The translations under genes and the position numbers were made by a program. The notes below the pieces were generated by a model. The model did no database searches. It was not told the DNA's origin and saw nothing but the letters and a program-made list of their open reading frames with translations. This document shows, in pieces, positions 30,183-42,906 of a stretch of DNA of 64,000 nt; the first letter of the stretch is position 1; every line of letters starts with the position of its first letter. This DNA is from Eledone cirrhosa. Lineage: Eukaryota. The stretch lies in the NCBI GenBank assembly GCA_964016885.1, contig OZ024765.1, positions 14,508,001 through 14,572,000 on the forward strand, read 5' to 3'.

Positions 30183-30290
30183 CATACATATATATTTATA
30201 TATGCATATATATATATATATTGTAAGTATGCATTTCTCACTAAGAGTGAGAAATGAAATTTCGTTTTCATTTTGTTTCAATTTATATAT

Positions 30291-30605
30291 ATATATTAGT
30301 AAAAGGAAAAGAAAATGCTGACAAATTTTTCCCAGTGAAAAATAGTTTAATTAGGAATAAGTAAAATTTAGTAATAAGTATTGGTTAGTATTCAGTTTTA
30401 GTTTTAAGTTTTTAACGGTTGCGCATTTCCCATGCTTTTCAAAAATAATTTTGAGATAGAGCGCCTGTGATGTTTGCTCTAAACATGCTTAAAACTAAAA
30501 CTGAATACTAACCAATACTTATTACTAATTTTTACTTATTCCTAATTAAACTATTTTTCACTGGCGAAAATTTGTCAGCATTTTCTTTTCCTTTTACTAA
30601 TATAT
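30291..30605. mobile_element. MITE/fold-back element with 118-bp inverted arms
   Basis: 30291-30408 is the reverse complement of 30488-30605 with about 3 mismatches. The spacer is 79 bp and the ends are TA-rich. Confidence 0.85.
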
Positions 30606-30934
30606 CACAACTCGTGTGTTACACCTCTAATTGTTTGTTTGTTTGTTTGTTTGTGTGTTTGTTTGTGTGTGCGTGTGTGCGTGTGCGCGTGCGTGTGTGT
30701 GTGTATGTCTCCGTCCATTCCTGCGACGTGACTGAAAACCAGGAAGTTCATAGATTCGACAGAAACAGTTTTCCCAGACTAAAAATCATGGTTTGTATAA
30801 ACCAGGAGTAGAAATAGGCTAACCGCTGCATGAGAGGGAGGACTTTAATACTCTCGTTGTTTGGTTTTGTTGTATGCATATGGTAGGCAGCTAATTGACA
30901 GAGTCATTAGAACGTCGGATAGCATGATTTATGG

Positions 30935-31524
30935 CAGTTATGGGCAACCGGCGGCCAGCCTAAGGCTCGCATAATTCACCTAAGGCTCGCATAAGTCACC
31001 CAAGGCTCGCATAAGTCACCCAAGGCTCGCATAAGTCACCCAAGGCTCGCATAAGTCACCCAAGGCTCGCATAAGTCACCCAGGGCTCGCATAAGTCACC
31101 AAAGGCTCGCATAAGTCACCCAAGGCTCGCATAAGTCACCAAAGGCTCGCATAAGTCACCAAAGGCTCGCATAAGTCACCTAAGGCACTCATAAGTCACT
31201 TAAGGCTCGCATAAGACACCCAAGGCTCGCATAAGTCACCAAAGGCTCGCATAAGTCACCCAAGGCTCGCATAAGTCACCCAAGGCTCGCATAAGTCACA
31301 CAAAGTTCGCATAAGTCACCAAAGTCACCTAAGTGAAATAATTTCTGATTTTATTTACCCCAACTTTTCAGTTGTAATTTATCTTTTTATCATTTTTACG
31401 ACCGAGGAAAACACCACCCTTTTTTTTTAATGTGGACACGAATGTAAATTAGCGCTTGCGGCCCTCCTAATGATGAGCTATATCTCATGCGGCTCGCTTC
31501 TCGATAAAAGATTGCCCATGCCTG
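30935..31524. mobile_element. hAT-type non-autonomous DNA transposon
   Basis: TIRs CAGTTATGGGCAA / TTGCCCATGCCTG, with an exact 8-bp TSD ATTTATGG at 30927-30934 and 31525-31532. Confidence 0.9.
30961..31330. repeat. 20-bp minisatellite CAAGGCTCGCATAAGTCACC (18 units) inside the MITE
   Basis: Direct reading. Confidence 0.97.
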
Positions 31525-31714
31525 ATTTATGGTATTCATTCCGACTCTCTGCTCTCGGAGTTCAAATCTCGCCGAGGTCAACTTCGCCTTTCATCTTTTC
31601 GAGGTCGATAAAGAAAGTACCAGTCTAGTACTTGGGTCGATTCTTCTTCTATATCCCTTTCTCATATCCTCTCTCTCTCACTATCTCTCCATATATATAC
31701 AGACACATGTGTAT

Positions 31715-31764
<50 letters not shown>

Positions 31765-32272
31765 TACCAATCTAATACTGAGGTCGATTCCTCTTCTCTC
31801 TCACTTTCTATTTTTCTCTGGAAAAAATCTGCCCTAATCAGGCATGGAGAGGGAAGGGCTCAGTCAGGTTTTAAAATGCCCAAGAAACTCTGTATGTCAA
31901 TACAACGCCCCTACGACTCTATAATAAAGTACCAGTCTTGTACTGGGGTCGATTCTTCCTCTATAACTCTTTCTCATTTCCTCTCTTTCACTTTCTATCT
32001 TCCTCTGGAAGGATTCTGCCCAAATCAGGCCTGGAGAGGGAAGGGCTCTGCCAGACGTTAAAAAATGCCCAAGACTCTATCAGGTGTTACGAGGCCATAC
32101 ATGCATATGGTTTAGAAAGAATAAAACGCAATATAGAGGCGAGGGCTGCGAAATAAATTTTGATCCTCGTGGATAAATTTTGGACAGGAGATATTTTAAT
32201 CGTGGGCTCCATTGCTAGACTTGGCGGTGCGATGTGTTTTTGATTAGCACGTTACTTTATATTTTGCACAAT

Positions 32273-32545
32273 ATCTTGTTTCTGTGTGTTGTCAACACAC
32301 AAAAACAAGATGGTGTAGGACAGAACAATGGAGAGACACACAATAAAAAACCTAGTAATTGAGGAGGTCACAGAATGTGTGACGAAAGAGATTTGATAAT
32401 ATATAAACAACCTTTCGGTTTTCGAATCAGCCAACAAATCAACCGGAAACTTATAATAAATTGATGTGAAAACGAATAGGTGCGTGTGTTTTTTATTGGC
32501 AACATGACCCTCCCCCACAAAGTATAACAATATATATAGATAAAA
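32273..32545 (+). mobile_element. Hammerhead-bearing element, family H2 (decayed copy)
   Basis: Collinear with 62280-62545. Decayed core TTGAGGA-G-GTCACA-GAATG-TGTGAC-GAAAGAGATT at 32359-32393. It begins with a fold-back at 32273-32311. Confidence 0.78.
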
Positions 32546-32667
32546 TACGAATAAAAAATATATACACATGTATACCGCATTTCCCGGCGTCGAAGATGTT
32601 CTAAATAGCTTGCCTGTCAGCATGACTTGGCAAGCTATTTAGAACGCTGGCTTAAACACTTTAATTC

Positions 32668-32700
32668 CCTCCGAAGAAGAGATAATCTCGAAAATTAAGG
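32668..32700 (+). ncRNA. Minimal hammerhead motif with a U4>C change
   Basis: CCT-CCGAAGA-A-GAGA-TAA-TCTC-GAAAATTA-AGG. Stems I and II pair, and stem III is the palindrome AATT. It is preceded by a 17-bp-arm hairpin at 32598-32645. Confidence 0.55.
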
Positions 32701-32841
32701 ATATTTAAATAAATTTAAGGTAAAAGACTAATTGTCAACAATATCTTTTGCATTTGCATTTATATTCTATATCCATACCTGCATTGTTTTGGCTTTACAA
32801 ATACAAACGTTTATATATATATATATATACACACATATGCA

Positions 32842-32879
<38 letters not shown>

Positions 32880-34421
32880 TAAAATAGGAATAAAAAAAGA
32901 CCTGAAAAAAAGCAAAGTATGGAACCAGAGGATATTGAACTCAGTACTCACCGCTTTACATCGACCGTATGAGCCACATTTTTCTAAAAAATCTTCTTGA
33001 CTGTTTCTTGATATTGCCTAGAATTGATAGAAATATATATATAATTATATTGGAATGTAATGGAATTTTATATATATCGATATATGTAAATATTTAGACA
33101 GTCATATATATATGTGTGTATATATATATATATATATGTGTGTGTGTGCGTGTGTGTGTATAATATATATGTGTGTGTGTATAATATATATATATATGTG
33201 TATATATAAATAAAACATATATATTATATATAATATATATATTGTACATATATATAAACATATATATATATATGTATATATAATACACACACAAATATAT
33301 ATATAGAGAGATAGATAGATAGATAGATAAAGATAGATAGATAAATAGATAGATACATAGATAGATAGATAGATCACCCAAACCCCCATATTTTTTTTTT
33401 CACAGCCTTAAACATACAAGCATAAAAGTGTGGAAATATTTATGATCCGTTACACCTGTTTTCTCGCAACATCTGAAGATGGCCAGTAGCGCTTCCGAAA
33501 AAAGAGAAAAATGTAATACAATGCAAAAAATACATAGTTTTAACTTATTTAAATGTTTTTTTTTTTATTATTTCTTTACATATGACATTCCTCCAAAGAA
33601 GAATAAAAGGGGTTCTATAAATTATTTTATTCATGAGTTACAAGAAAACCAGAAGTAGTGCATACGTTCGTTGATTGTCCAGCAAGATTTTTAGTGAGCC
33701 CGCAGCACCAAGTTATAAATAGGTACTATGGGGAGGTACAATTATAGAGATGAATCTCTGCAAGATGTTTTGAAGAATTAATTAATAAAAGTGTTTGTTT
33801 AGCAGTTTGCACTGATTAGATTTCATTCAAGTGCTTTTCCTAAGTGAAAGAAGCGTCAGGCTGGCGTCTAAGAGGTTGTGGTAGTAGTTGTGGTGGTGGT
33901 GGTAGTTGTAATGGTGGTAGTGGTTGTTGTGGTGGTAGTTGTTGTTGTTGTGGTGGTGGTGGTGGTAGTTGTTGTTGTTGTGGTGGTGGTGGTGGTAGTG
34001 GTTGTTGTGGTGGTAATAGTTGTGGTAGTGGTTATGGTGGTGGTGGTGGTACTTGTGGCGGTAGTGGATGTTGTAATGGTGGTAGTGGTTGTTGTGGTGG
34101 TTGTGGTTGTGGTGGTGGTGGTGGTAGTAGTAATTGTGGTAGTTGTTATGGTGGTACTGGTTGTTGTGGTTGTAGTTGTTGTGGTGGTGGTAGTGGTGGT
34201 GGTGGAGGTGGTTGTGGTGATGGTGGAGGTGGTTGTGGTGATGGTGGAGGTGGTTGTTGTGATGGTGGAGGTGGTAGTGGTCGTTGTGGCATATATAACA
34301 ACTGTAATGATTTCATTTATTAGTCACAAGGGCCGATATGTAGGGGACAATACAAAGACGGACAGTGGGGGGTTTACAGTAAGGTCGAGTAAAAGTGCAC
34401 AATGGCAAGACTAATTTAACA

Positions 34422-34670
34422 ATCTATCTATCTATCTAAGCCGGGTAAATTCCCGAGATCCATGGACGAGTTCTCTCCAGCGGTCTCTGTCCCTTATTAT
34501 CGCTGCCATGTCCTGCGTCTCCAACAGACCAGTGTCTATCCTTAGGGCATCAACATACGTTAACCTTGGTATTCTTCTTCTAGTGTGTCCATGTAGGGGC
34601 TCCCAAAGGAGCACTGAGTGCAACGTCAACTCTGGATGTCGGTGAGCATGTTCAGCTAACCTCAGTCTCC
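34422..34670 (-). mobile_element. 5'-truncated RTE LINE 3' end with (TAGA)n tail
   Basis: Encodes RLRLAEHAHRHPELTLHSVLLWEPLHGHTRR...RDRWRELVHGSREFTRLR*, followed by TAGATAGATAGA. Confidence 0.9.
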
Positions 34671-35027
34671 AATGAAGATATAAAAATATATAAGATAAAC
34701 TATGCATAAATATAACAAAATAAATTCCCCTATAGAGGGTGGACGACCCTGGGGTGACTCAGGTACCCCACCAATCCTGAACCACCCTGCGCTTCTAGGG
34801 CTCCCGGGGAGAGTACCCCTCTCCTCCTCAAATTAGCTAGCCTATAGGCGCATGGTCAGAGTAAGCCCATTCACACAAGCCATTCTCACCACATTCATCC
34901 ACCTTTTAGCAAATGTACTGGGGGTGGGGTAGCAGCGCTTCTCTCTCTACTCTCACCTTCCTTTCCAGGTGAAACTTTAAGAAGTTGATGAGGGATTGCC
35001 GAAGAGAAAAGTGTCTGTCTTCAGTCC
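34671..35027 (-). mobile_element. L1/Tx1-type LINE ORF2 C-terminus plus 3'UTR fragment
   Basis: Frameshifted translation GLKTDTFL..SLINFLKFHLERKVRVEREALLP..FAKRWMNVVRMACVNG, homologous to 62648-62878. Confidence 0.72.
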
Positions 35028-35033
35028 TATAAA

Positions 35034-35430
35034 CATTGTTTCTACTTTTGGCACAAGGCCAGCAATTATTCCAGTGTATTACTGGTACTTTATTTTATCG
35101 ACAGCGTAAGGATGAAATGCAAAGTTAACCTCGGCGGGATTTGAATTCAGAATGGCAAGGGCCGTAACTCTATGCTTGGCGTCCGACTCTCTACCGATAC
35201 TGCCAATCCACTGCACCTCAGTCCTAAAATAATTGTTTCTACTTTAGGCACAGGGCCAGCAATTACCCAGTGCATTACTGGTACTTTATTTTATCGACCG
35301 CGTAAGGATGAAATGCAAAGTTAACCTCGGCGGGATTTGAACTCAGAATGGCAAGGGCCGTAACTCTATGCTTGGCGTCCAACTCTCTACCGATACTGCC
35401 AATCCACTGCACCTCAGTCCTAAAATAATA
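35034..35430 (-). mobile_element. Tandem dimer of SINE A
   Basis: Two near-identical copies share a deletion (TATGCTTGGCGTCC). TCAGTCCTA occurs before, between and after them. Confidence 0.9.
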
Positions 35431-35664
35431 ACATTAATAAAGATGCTGATGTTATATAAATCGTTTATTTATTATAATTAATTCAACAGTTCTCCCATGT
35501 AATCCAAGATGTAATTCATGCATTTATTGTTGTTATGAGAACGGTATCCTCAGATGAAATTCTATTTTGTCACGTGTCTGTGTGTGTGTGTGCATTAGCA
35601 GATACTTACTCCTGGGTACCATATAATAGTGGTGGGTGGGGCTGATACATGCGGGTGGAAAATT

Positions 35665-35786
35665 GGTGGCCAAAAAGTCGCGATACATAAAAAAAATAAT
35701 TTTGTTTTATAAGAAACAATTCCTTCAAAATAAATAAATATAAAACTTAAAAATTTCCTATGTATTGCGACTTTTGCGCCACCCTG
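35665..35786. mobile_element. Tc1/mariner-like MITE
   Basis: GGTGGCCAAAAAGTCGCGATACATA ... TATGTATTGCGACTTTTGCGCCACCCTG followed by TA. The left terminus is clipped. Confidence 0.65.
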
Positions 35787-36646
35787 TATTTGTTGATTTT
35801 GTTCTTAAAACCAGAATTAGGCCTTTAGTTTGCATATTGAGACATCAACCCATCCTATTTTTTAAAAATAATATATGGGATTTCTAATGATATACTTTTT
35901 TTGTCATGTATAATGTTTTTTAATGTTTAAAAAAAAATTAATAGTCGCAGGAATGCCACAACCTAAAATAAAAATTTCGCAGGGGAGAGACTAGCAAAGA
36001 TTAACAAGCAGTGGAGGGGTTGAAATAAGAAAGGAGAGGTTGGGTAAAAACCTTGAAAAATTAATAACAGGGAGGAGGGAGGAATATTCGAGACCCGAAG
36101 GTACATAGGATGATAGTGAAAACGAGAGACAGAGAGTGAAAAAATGAGAGAGGTAGGGAAAAAATATATATATTTTGCCCTAGATTGTAATCACTAAAGA
36201 AAGACCCCCTTAATATGTAAACACAGGAGTAAATATGATATATTATATTATATACAAAACATAAGACAAACGGACATATACCTTCGTAGTTTCTCCCAAA
36301 GCGAGCTCATGTTATTGCAGCTTCGTTCGTCAGCCAAAATGTAAAATGTGTCACCGGCGGTAATAGCCCAAAAGACGTCCCCCTTGAAAAACCTTCCAAT
36401 TGGAAGCACGCATATACGTACAAGCATGCATATACACATACACTTTTACACATACAGCTCCATATACATGCACAATCAAATGCACACACACACACACACA
36501 CGTATAGACAGACACACACACAAATGCAGCATCCGTACACATGCACACACAAGCCACACGCACACGCATACACACACGTCATCCATACACATGCACACAC
36601 ACAAACACACGCATACATTCACACACACACATTATCCATACACATG

Positions 36647-36678
<32 letters not shown>

Positions 36679-36681
36679 GTC

Positions 36682-39600
36682 TGTTGTGGTGGTCGTCTTG
36701 GAAGTAGTGGTATTTGTGGTGGTAGTGGTGGTGGTGGCTTTTGTGGTGGTAGTGTTGGAAGTAGTGGTATTTGTGGTGGTAGTGGTGGTAGTGAGGATGG
36801 TGATGGTAGTGGTGGTGGTGGCTGTTGTGGTGGTAGTGTTGGAAGTAGTGGTATTTGTGGTGGTAGTGGTGGTAGTGAGGATGGTGATGGTAGTGGTGGT
36901 GGTGGCTGTTGTGGTGGTAGTGTTGGAAGTAGTGGTATTTGTGGTGGTAGTGGTGGTAGTGAGGATGGTGATGGTAGTGGTGGTGGTGGCTGTTGTGGTG
37001 GTAGTGTTGGAAGTAGTGGTATTTGTGGTGGTAGTGGTGGTAGTGAGGATGGTGATGGTAGTGGTGGTGGTGGCTGTTGTGGTGGTAGTGTTGGAAGTAC
37101 TGGTATTTGTGGTGGTAGTGGTGGTAGTGAGGATGGTGATGGTAGTGGTGGTGGTGGCTGTTGTGGTGGTAGTGTTGGAAGTAGTAGTATTTGTGGTGGT
37201 AGTGGTGGTGGTGGCTATTGTGGTGGTAGTGTTGGAAGTAGTGGTATTTGTGGTGGTAGTGGTGGTGGTGGCTGTTGTGGTGGTAGTGTTGGAAGTAGTG
37301 GTATTTGTGGTGGAAGTGGTGGTAGTGAGGATGGTGATGGTAGTGGTGGTGGTGGCTGTTGTGGTGGTAGTGTTGGAAGTAGTAGCATTTGTGGTGGTAG
37401 TGGTGGTGGTGGCTGTTGTGGTGGTAGTGTTGGAAGTAGTGGTATTTGTGGTGGTAGTGGTGGTAGTGAGGATGGTGATGGTAGTGGTGGTGGTGGCTGT
37501 TGTGGTGGTAGTGTTGGAAGTAGTAGCATTTGTGGTGGTAGTGGTGGTGGTGGCTGTTGTGGTGGTAGTGTTGGAAGTAGTGGTATTTGTGGTGGTAGTG
37601 GTGGTAGTGAGGATGGTGATGGTAGTGGTGGTGGTGGCTGTTGTGGTGGTAGTGTTGGAAGTAGTAGCATTTGTGGTGGTAGTGGTGGTGGTGGCTGTTG
37701 TGGTGGTAGTGTTGGAAGTAGTGGTATTTGTGGTGGTAGTGGTGGTAGTGAGGATGGTGATGGTAGTGGTGGTGGTGGCTGTTGTGGTGGTAGTGTTGGA
37801 AGTAGTGGTATTTGTGGTGGTATTTGTGCTGGTGGCTGTTGTGGTGGTAGTGTTGGAAGTAGTGGTATTTGTGGTGGTAGTGGTGGTAGTGAGGATGGTG
37901 ATAGTAGTGGTGGTGGTGGCTGTTGTAATGGTAGTGTTGGAAGTAGTGGTATTTGTGGTGGTGGCTATGGTAGTGAGGATGGTGATGGTGGTGGTAGCTG
38001 TTGTGGTGGTAGTGTTGGAAGTAGTGGTATTTGTGGTGGTCTCTGTGGTAGTGAGGATGGTGATGGTAGTGGTGGTGGTGGTGGCTGTTGTGGTGGTAGT
38101 GTTTGGAAGTAGTGGTATTTGTGGTGGTCTCTGTGGTAGTGGTGGTGGTGGCTGTTGTGGTGGTAGTGTTGGAAGTAGTCGTATTTGTGGTGGTAGTGGT
38201 GGTAGTGAGGATGGTGATGGTGGTGGTGGCTGTTGTGGTGGTAGTGTTGGAAGTAGTGGTAGTGAGGATGGTGATGGTAGTGGTGGTGGTGGTGGCTGTT
38301 GTGGTGGTAGTGTTGGAAGTAGTGGTATTTGTGGTGGTCTCTGTGGTAGTGAGGATGGTGATGGTAGTGGTGGTGGTGGCTGTTGTGGTGGTAGTGTTGG
38401 AAGTAGTGGTATTTGTGGTGGTAGTGGTGGTAGTGAGGATGGTGATGGTAGTGGTGGTGGTGGCTGTTGTGGTGGTAGTGTTGGAAGTAGTGGCATTTGT
38501 GGTGGTAGTGGTCGTAGTGAGGATGGTGATGGTGGTGGTAGCTGTTGTGGTGGTAGTGTTGGAAGTAGTGGTATTTGTGGTGGTCTCTGTGGTAGTGAGG
38601 ATGGTGATGGTAGTGGTGGTGGTGGTGGCTGTTGTGGTGGTAGTGTTGGAAGTAGTAGTATTTGTGGTGGTAGTGGTGGTGGTGGCTATTGTGGTGGTAG
38701 TGTTGGAAGTAGTGGTATTTGTGGTGGAAGTGGTGGTAGTGAGGATGGTGATGGTAGTGGTGGTGGTGGCTGTTGTGGTGGTAGTGTTGGAAGTAGTAGC
38801 ATTTGTGGTGGTAGTGGTGGTGGTGGCTGTTGTGGTGGTAGTGTTGGAAGTAGTGGTATTTGTGGTGGAAGTGGTGGTAGTGAGGATGGTGATGGTAGTG
38901 GTGGTGGTGGCTGTTGTGGTGGTAGTGTTGGAAGTAGTAGCATTTGTGGTGGTAGTGGTGGTGGTGGCTGTTGTGGTGGTAGTGTTGGAAGTAGTGGTAT
39001 TTGTGGTGGTAGTGGTGGTAGTGAGGATGGTGATGGTAGTGGTGGTGGTGGCTGTTGTGGTGGTAGTGTTGGAAGTAGTGGTATTTGTGGTGGTATTTGT
39101 GCTGGTGGCTGTTGTGGTGGTAGTGTTGGAAGTAGTGGTATTTGTGGTGGTAGTGGTGGTAGTGAGGATGGTGATGGTAGTGGTGGTGGTGGCTGTTGTG
39201 GTGGTAGTGTTGGAAGTAGTGGTATTTGTGGTGGTAGTGGTGGTAGTGAGGATGGTGATGGTAGTGGTGGTGGTGGCTGTTGTGGTGGTAGTGTTGGAAG
39301 TAGTGGTATTTGTGGTGGTAGTGGTGGTAGTGAGGATGGTGATGGTAGTGGTGGTGGTGGCTGTTGTGGTGGTAGTGTTGGAAGTAGTGGTATTTGTGGT
39401 GGTAGTGGTGGTAGTGAGGATGGTGATGGTAGTGGTGGTGGTGGCTGTTGTGGTGGTAGTGTTGGAAGTAGTGGTATTTGTGGTGGTAGTGGTGGTAGTG
39501 AGGATGGTGATGGTAGTGGTGGTGGTGGCTGTTGTGGTGGTAGTGTTGGAAGTAGTGGTATTTGTGGTGGTAGTGGTGGTAGTGAGGATGGTGATGGTAG

Positions 39601-40285
39601 TGGTGGTGGTGGCTGTTGTGGTGGTAGTGTTGGAAGTAGTGGTATTTGTGGTGGTAGTGGTGGTAGTGAGGATGGTGATGGTAGTGGTGGTGGTGGCTGT
39701 TGTGGTGGTAGTGTTGGAAGTAGTGGTATTTGTGGTGGTAGTGGTGGTAGTGAGGATGGTGATGGTAGTGGTGGTGGTGGCTGTTGTGGTGGTAGTGTTG
39801 GAAGTAGTGGTATTTGTGGTGGTCTCTGTGGTAGTGAGGATGGTGATGGTAGTGGTGGTGGTGGTGGCTGTTGTGGTGGTAGTGTTGGAAGTAGTGGTAT
39901 TTGTGGTGGTAGTGGTGGTAGTGAGGATGGTGATGGTAGTGGTGGTGGTGGCTGTTGTGGTGGTAGTGTTGGAAGTAGTGGTATTTGTGGTGGTAGTGGT
40001 GGTGGTGAGGATGGTGATAGTAGTGGTGGTGGTGGTGGCTGTTGTGGTGGTAGTGTTGGAAGTAGTGGTATTTGTGGTGGTAGTGGTGGTGGTAGTGAGG
40101 ATGGTGGTAGTAGTATTTATTGGTAGTGGTGGTAGTAGTGGTAAGTGTAGTGGTGGTTGTGTTGGAAGCAGTGGTATTTGTGGTGGTAGTGGTTGTGATG
40201 TCTGTTGTGGTGGTAGTGTTAGAGATGGCTCTTGTGGTGGTAGTGTTGGAAGCAATGGTATTTGTGGTGAGGATGGTGATGGTAG
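36682..40285. repeat. GGT-rich minisatellite with 84-bp and 57-bp unit variants
   Basis: GGCTGTT at 36820 and 36904 gives a period of 84, and the short variant spans 37213-37270. A single 1-bp insertion lies near 38103. Confidence 0.95.
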
Positions 40286-40765
40286 TGGTGGGGCCCTTGG
40301 TGGTAGTGGTGCGGCCCTTGGTCGTAGTTGTGCGGCCCTTGGTGGTAGTGGTGCGGCTCTTGGTAGTAGGGGTGCGGCCCTTGGTCGTAGTGGTGGGGCC
40401 CTTGGTGGTAGTTGTGCGGCTCTTGGTGGTAGTGGTGCGGCTCTTGGTGGTAGTGGTGCGGCCCTTGGTGGTAGTGGTGGGGCCCTTGGTGGTAGTTGTG
40501 CGGCTCTTGGTGGTAGTGGTGCGGCTCTTGGTGGTAGTGGTGCGGCTCTTGGTGGTAGTGGTGCGGCTCTTGGTGGTAGTGGTGCGGCTCTTGGTGGTAG
40601 TGGTGCGGCTCTTGGTGGTAGTGGTGCGGCCCTTGGTGGTAGTGGTGCGGCTCTTGGTAGTAGGGGTGCGGCCCTTGGTCGTAGTGGTGGGGCCCTTGGC
40701 GGTAGTGGTGCGGCCGTTGGTGGTAGTGGTGCGGCTCTTGGTGGTAGGGGTGCGGCCCTTGGTTG
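40286..40765. repeat. 21-bp minisatellite GGTGGTAGTGGTGCGGCTCTT
   Basis: Direct reading, ~22 units. Confidence 0.95.
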
Positions 40766-40944
40766 TAGTGTTCGTTGTAGCTTAAGAGATACTGGTGATA
40801 GAAGTGATGGAATTTGTGTTGGTTAAGTCTGTGGTGATGGTGGTAGTGGTAGCGGTAGAGGTGGTAATAGGGCCCTCTAGCGGTCACTGGTGGTCAGATT
40901 TATGCAGTTGCTGATAAATTTGTGTGTGTGTTTAAGTATATATA

Positions 40945-41338
40945 TAATTGTTTCTACTTTAGGCACAAAGCCAGCAAATTCACCAGTGCATTACTGGTAC
41001 TTTATTTTATCGACCCCGTAAAATAAAGTACCAGTAATGCACAGTAAGTATATATATATTAATTGTTTCTACTTTAGGCACAAGGCCAGCAATTATCCAG
41101 TGTATTACTGGTACTTTATTTTATCGACCCCGTAAGGATGAAATGCAAAGTCAACCTCGGCGGGATTTGAACTCAGATCGTAAAGGGACGTAACTATGCT
41201 GGAAAGCATGGCGTCCGACCCTCCACCGATACTGCCACTCTACCGCCATCGGCAGTATCGGTAGAGGGTCGGACGCCATGCTTTCCAGCATAGTTACGTC
41301 CCTTTACAATCTGAGTTCAAATCCCGCCGAGGTTGACT
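40945..41338 (-). mobile_element. Two SINE A insertions, each with a fold-back inverted duplication
   Basis: Arms at 40986-41009/41019-41042 and 41149-41236/41251-41338. Confidence 0.9.
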
Positions 41339-41699
41339 AAGTATATATATATAATATGAATCAACTATATATATATGTGTGTTTCGATGTACATGTAAAT
41401 GTATCTGTGTATATGCATATGTGCATAGATTTGTGTGGTGGTGGTGGTGGTAGGAATTGGAAGTGATAGGGGAGGGGCGGTGTTGAAGGAGGAACAATGT
41501 GTAAAAAGAAAATGGACGACTTGAGAGATTTCACACATTCTCTGCCGTCTACATATTCTCCTTATCTCTCGTTTACTGATATATACATACATGTATATAT
41601 ATAGAGAGATAGATAGATAGATAGATAAGCACACACATATATATATATGTATATATAAAGGTAGTTCTACAGCATATTAAGCAAGCTATCTTCATACGT

Positions 41700-41800
<101 letters not shown>

Positions 41801-41979
41801 ATATACCAAGCGTTCTATAAATCTGTCAAGTTTACGGATATAAAAGATGTTTAAATATCCCCTCACTTGTCGACACACCGGCACAAATATATTATATATA
41901 TATACATACATATATATACACACACTGGCAGAAACATACATAGATATAAACATATAATTGCATATATATATATATATAT

Positions 41980-42170
41980 ATAGGAACCAGTAAGACCCCG
42001 ACAGCTGAGCTCAAGCCGTTTCGACGGCTAATTCAGAATTAGCCGTCGAAACGGCTTGAGCTCAGCTGTCGGGGTCTTACTGGTTCCTATTACCCACTCT
42101 ACTACCTCAAGTATTGAGTACTTTGGTGCTTTATGGTCCACCTGGTTCCTTACCACATTTCCTTCGTTAT
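41980..42170. mobile_element. Palindromic element, family P, in (TA)n
   Basis: Perfect 55-bp arms at 41980-42034/42036-42090, plus an 80-bp unique tail. Homologues lie at 53598, 55946 and 56982. Confidence 0.9.
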
Positions 42171-42211
42171 ATATATATATATATATATAAATAATACATA
42201 TAATATATATG

Positions 42212-42260
<49 letters not shown>

Positions 42261-42394
42261 CATATAATATATTTGTATGTATATATATATATATATACAT
42301 ATAATATATTTGTATGTATATATATATATATATATAATAGATATAATATATTTGTATGTATATATATATATATATAATACACATAATATATATG

Positions 42395-42426
<32 letters not shown>

Positions 42427-42501
42427 ATATATATAATATATTTCTATGTATATATATATAAATATATATATATATATAATACATATAATATATTTCTATG
42501 T

Positions 42502-42553
<52 letters not shown>

Positions 42554-42574
42554 CATATAATATATTCCTATGTG

Positions 42575-42615
<41 letters not shown>

Positions 42616-42906
42616 ATATATATATAAATGGAATAGAATGAAACGAAATTTCATTTCTCACTCTTAGTGCGGCACTTACTTAAATGTAAGTATGTATGTA
42701 TACGTACATACATATATGTATACAGACGTACAGTAGCATGTATATATATACATACAGGCACACATATATATATATGCACGTATCAGTTTACCGAACATTT
42801 ATTATAATGCTCGGTTTGTTCGTTTGTAAACAAACAAACAGCCTGAATTACGCCGTACAGTGTTTAGGCAACCACGTCACCTTTTTGTTCAACACTGACA
42901 CAGGAA

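Larger units (their letters stand above)
30881..31640 (+). mobile_element. Old SINE A copy split by a hAT MITE
   Basis: Head at 30881-30934. The SINE resumes at 31533 with GAGTTCAAATCTCGCCGAGGTCAACTTCGCCTTTCATC...GTACCAG. Confidence 0.8.

Noticed and set aside
33473-33512. CTGAAGA-TGG..CC-GAAA hammerhead
   Set aside because: There is no stem I, stem III or NUH site.
35606-36103. Outer pogo-like MITE around the mariner MITE
   Set aside because: Only the right end (ATTCGAGACCCGAAGGTA) looks TIR-like, and the left match is too degenerate.
36248-36439. Candidate host exon or CTGACGA motif on the minus strand
   Set aside because: No recognisable protein, uncertain splice sites and poor stems.
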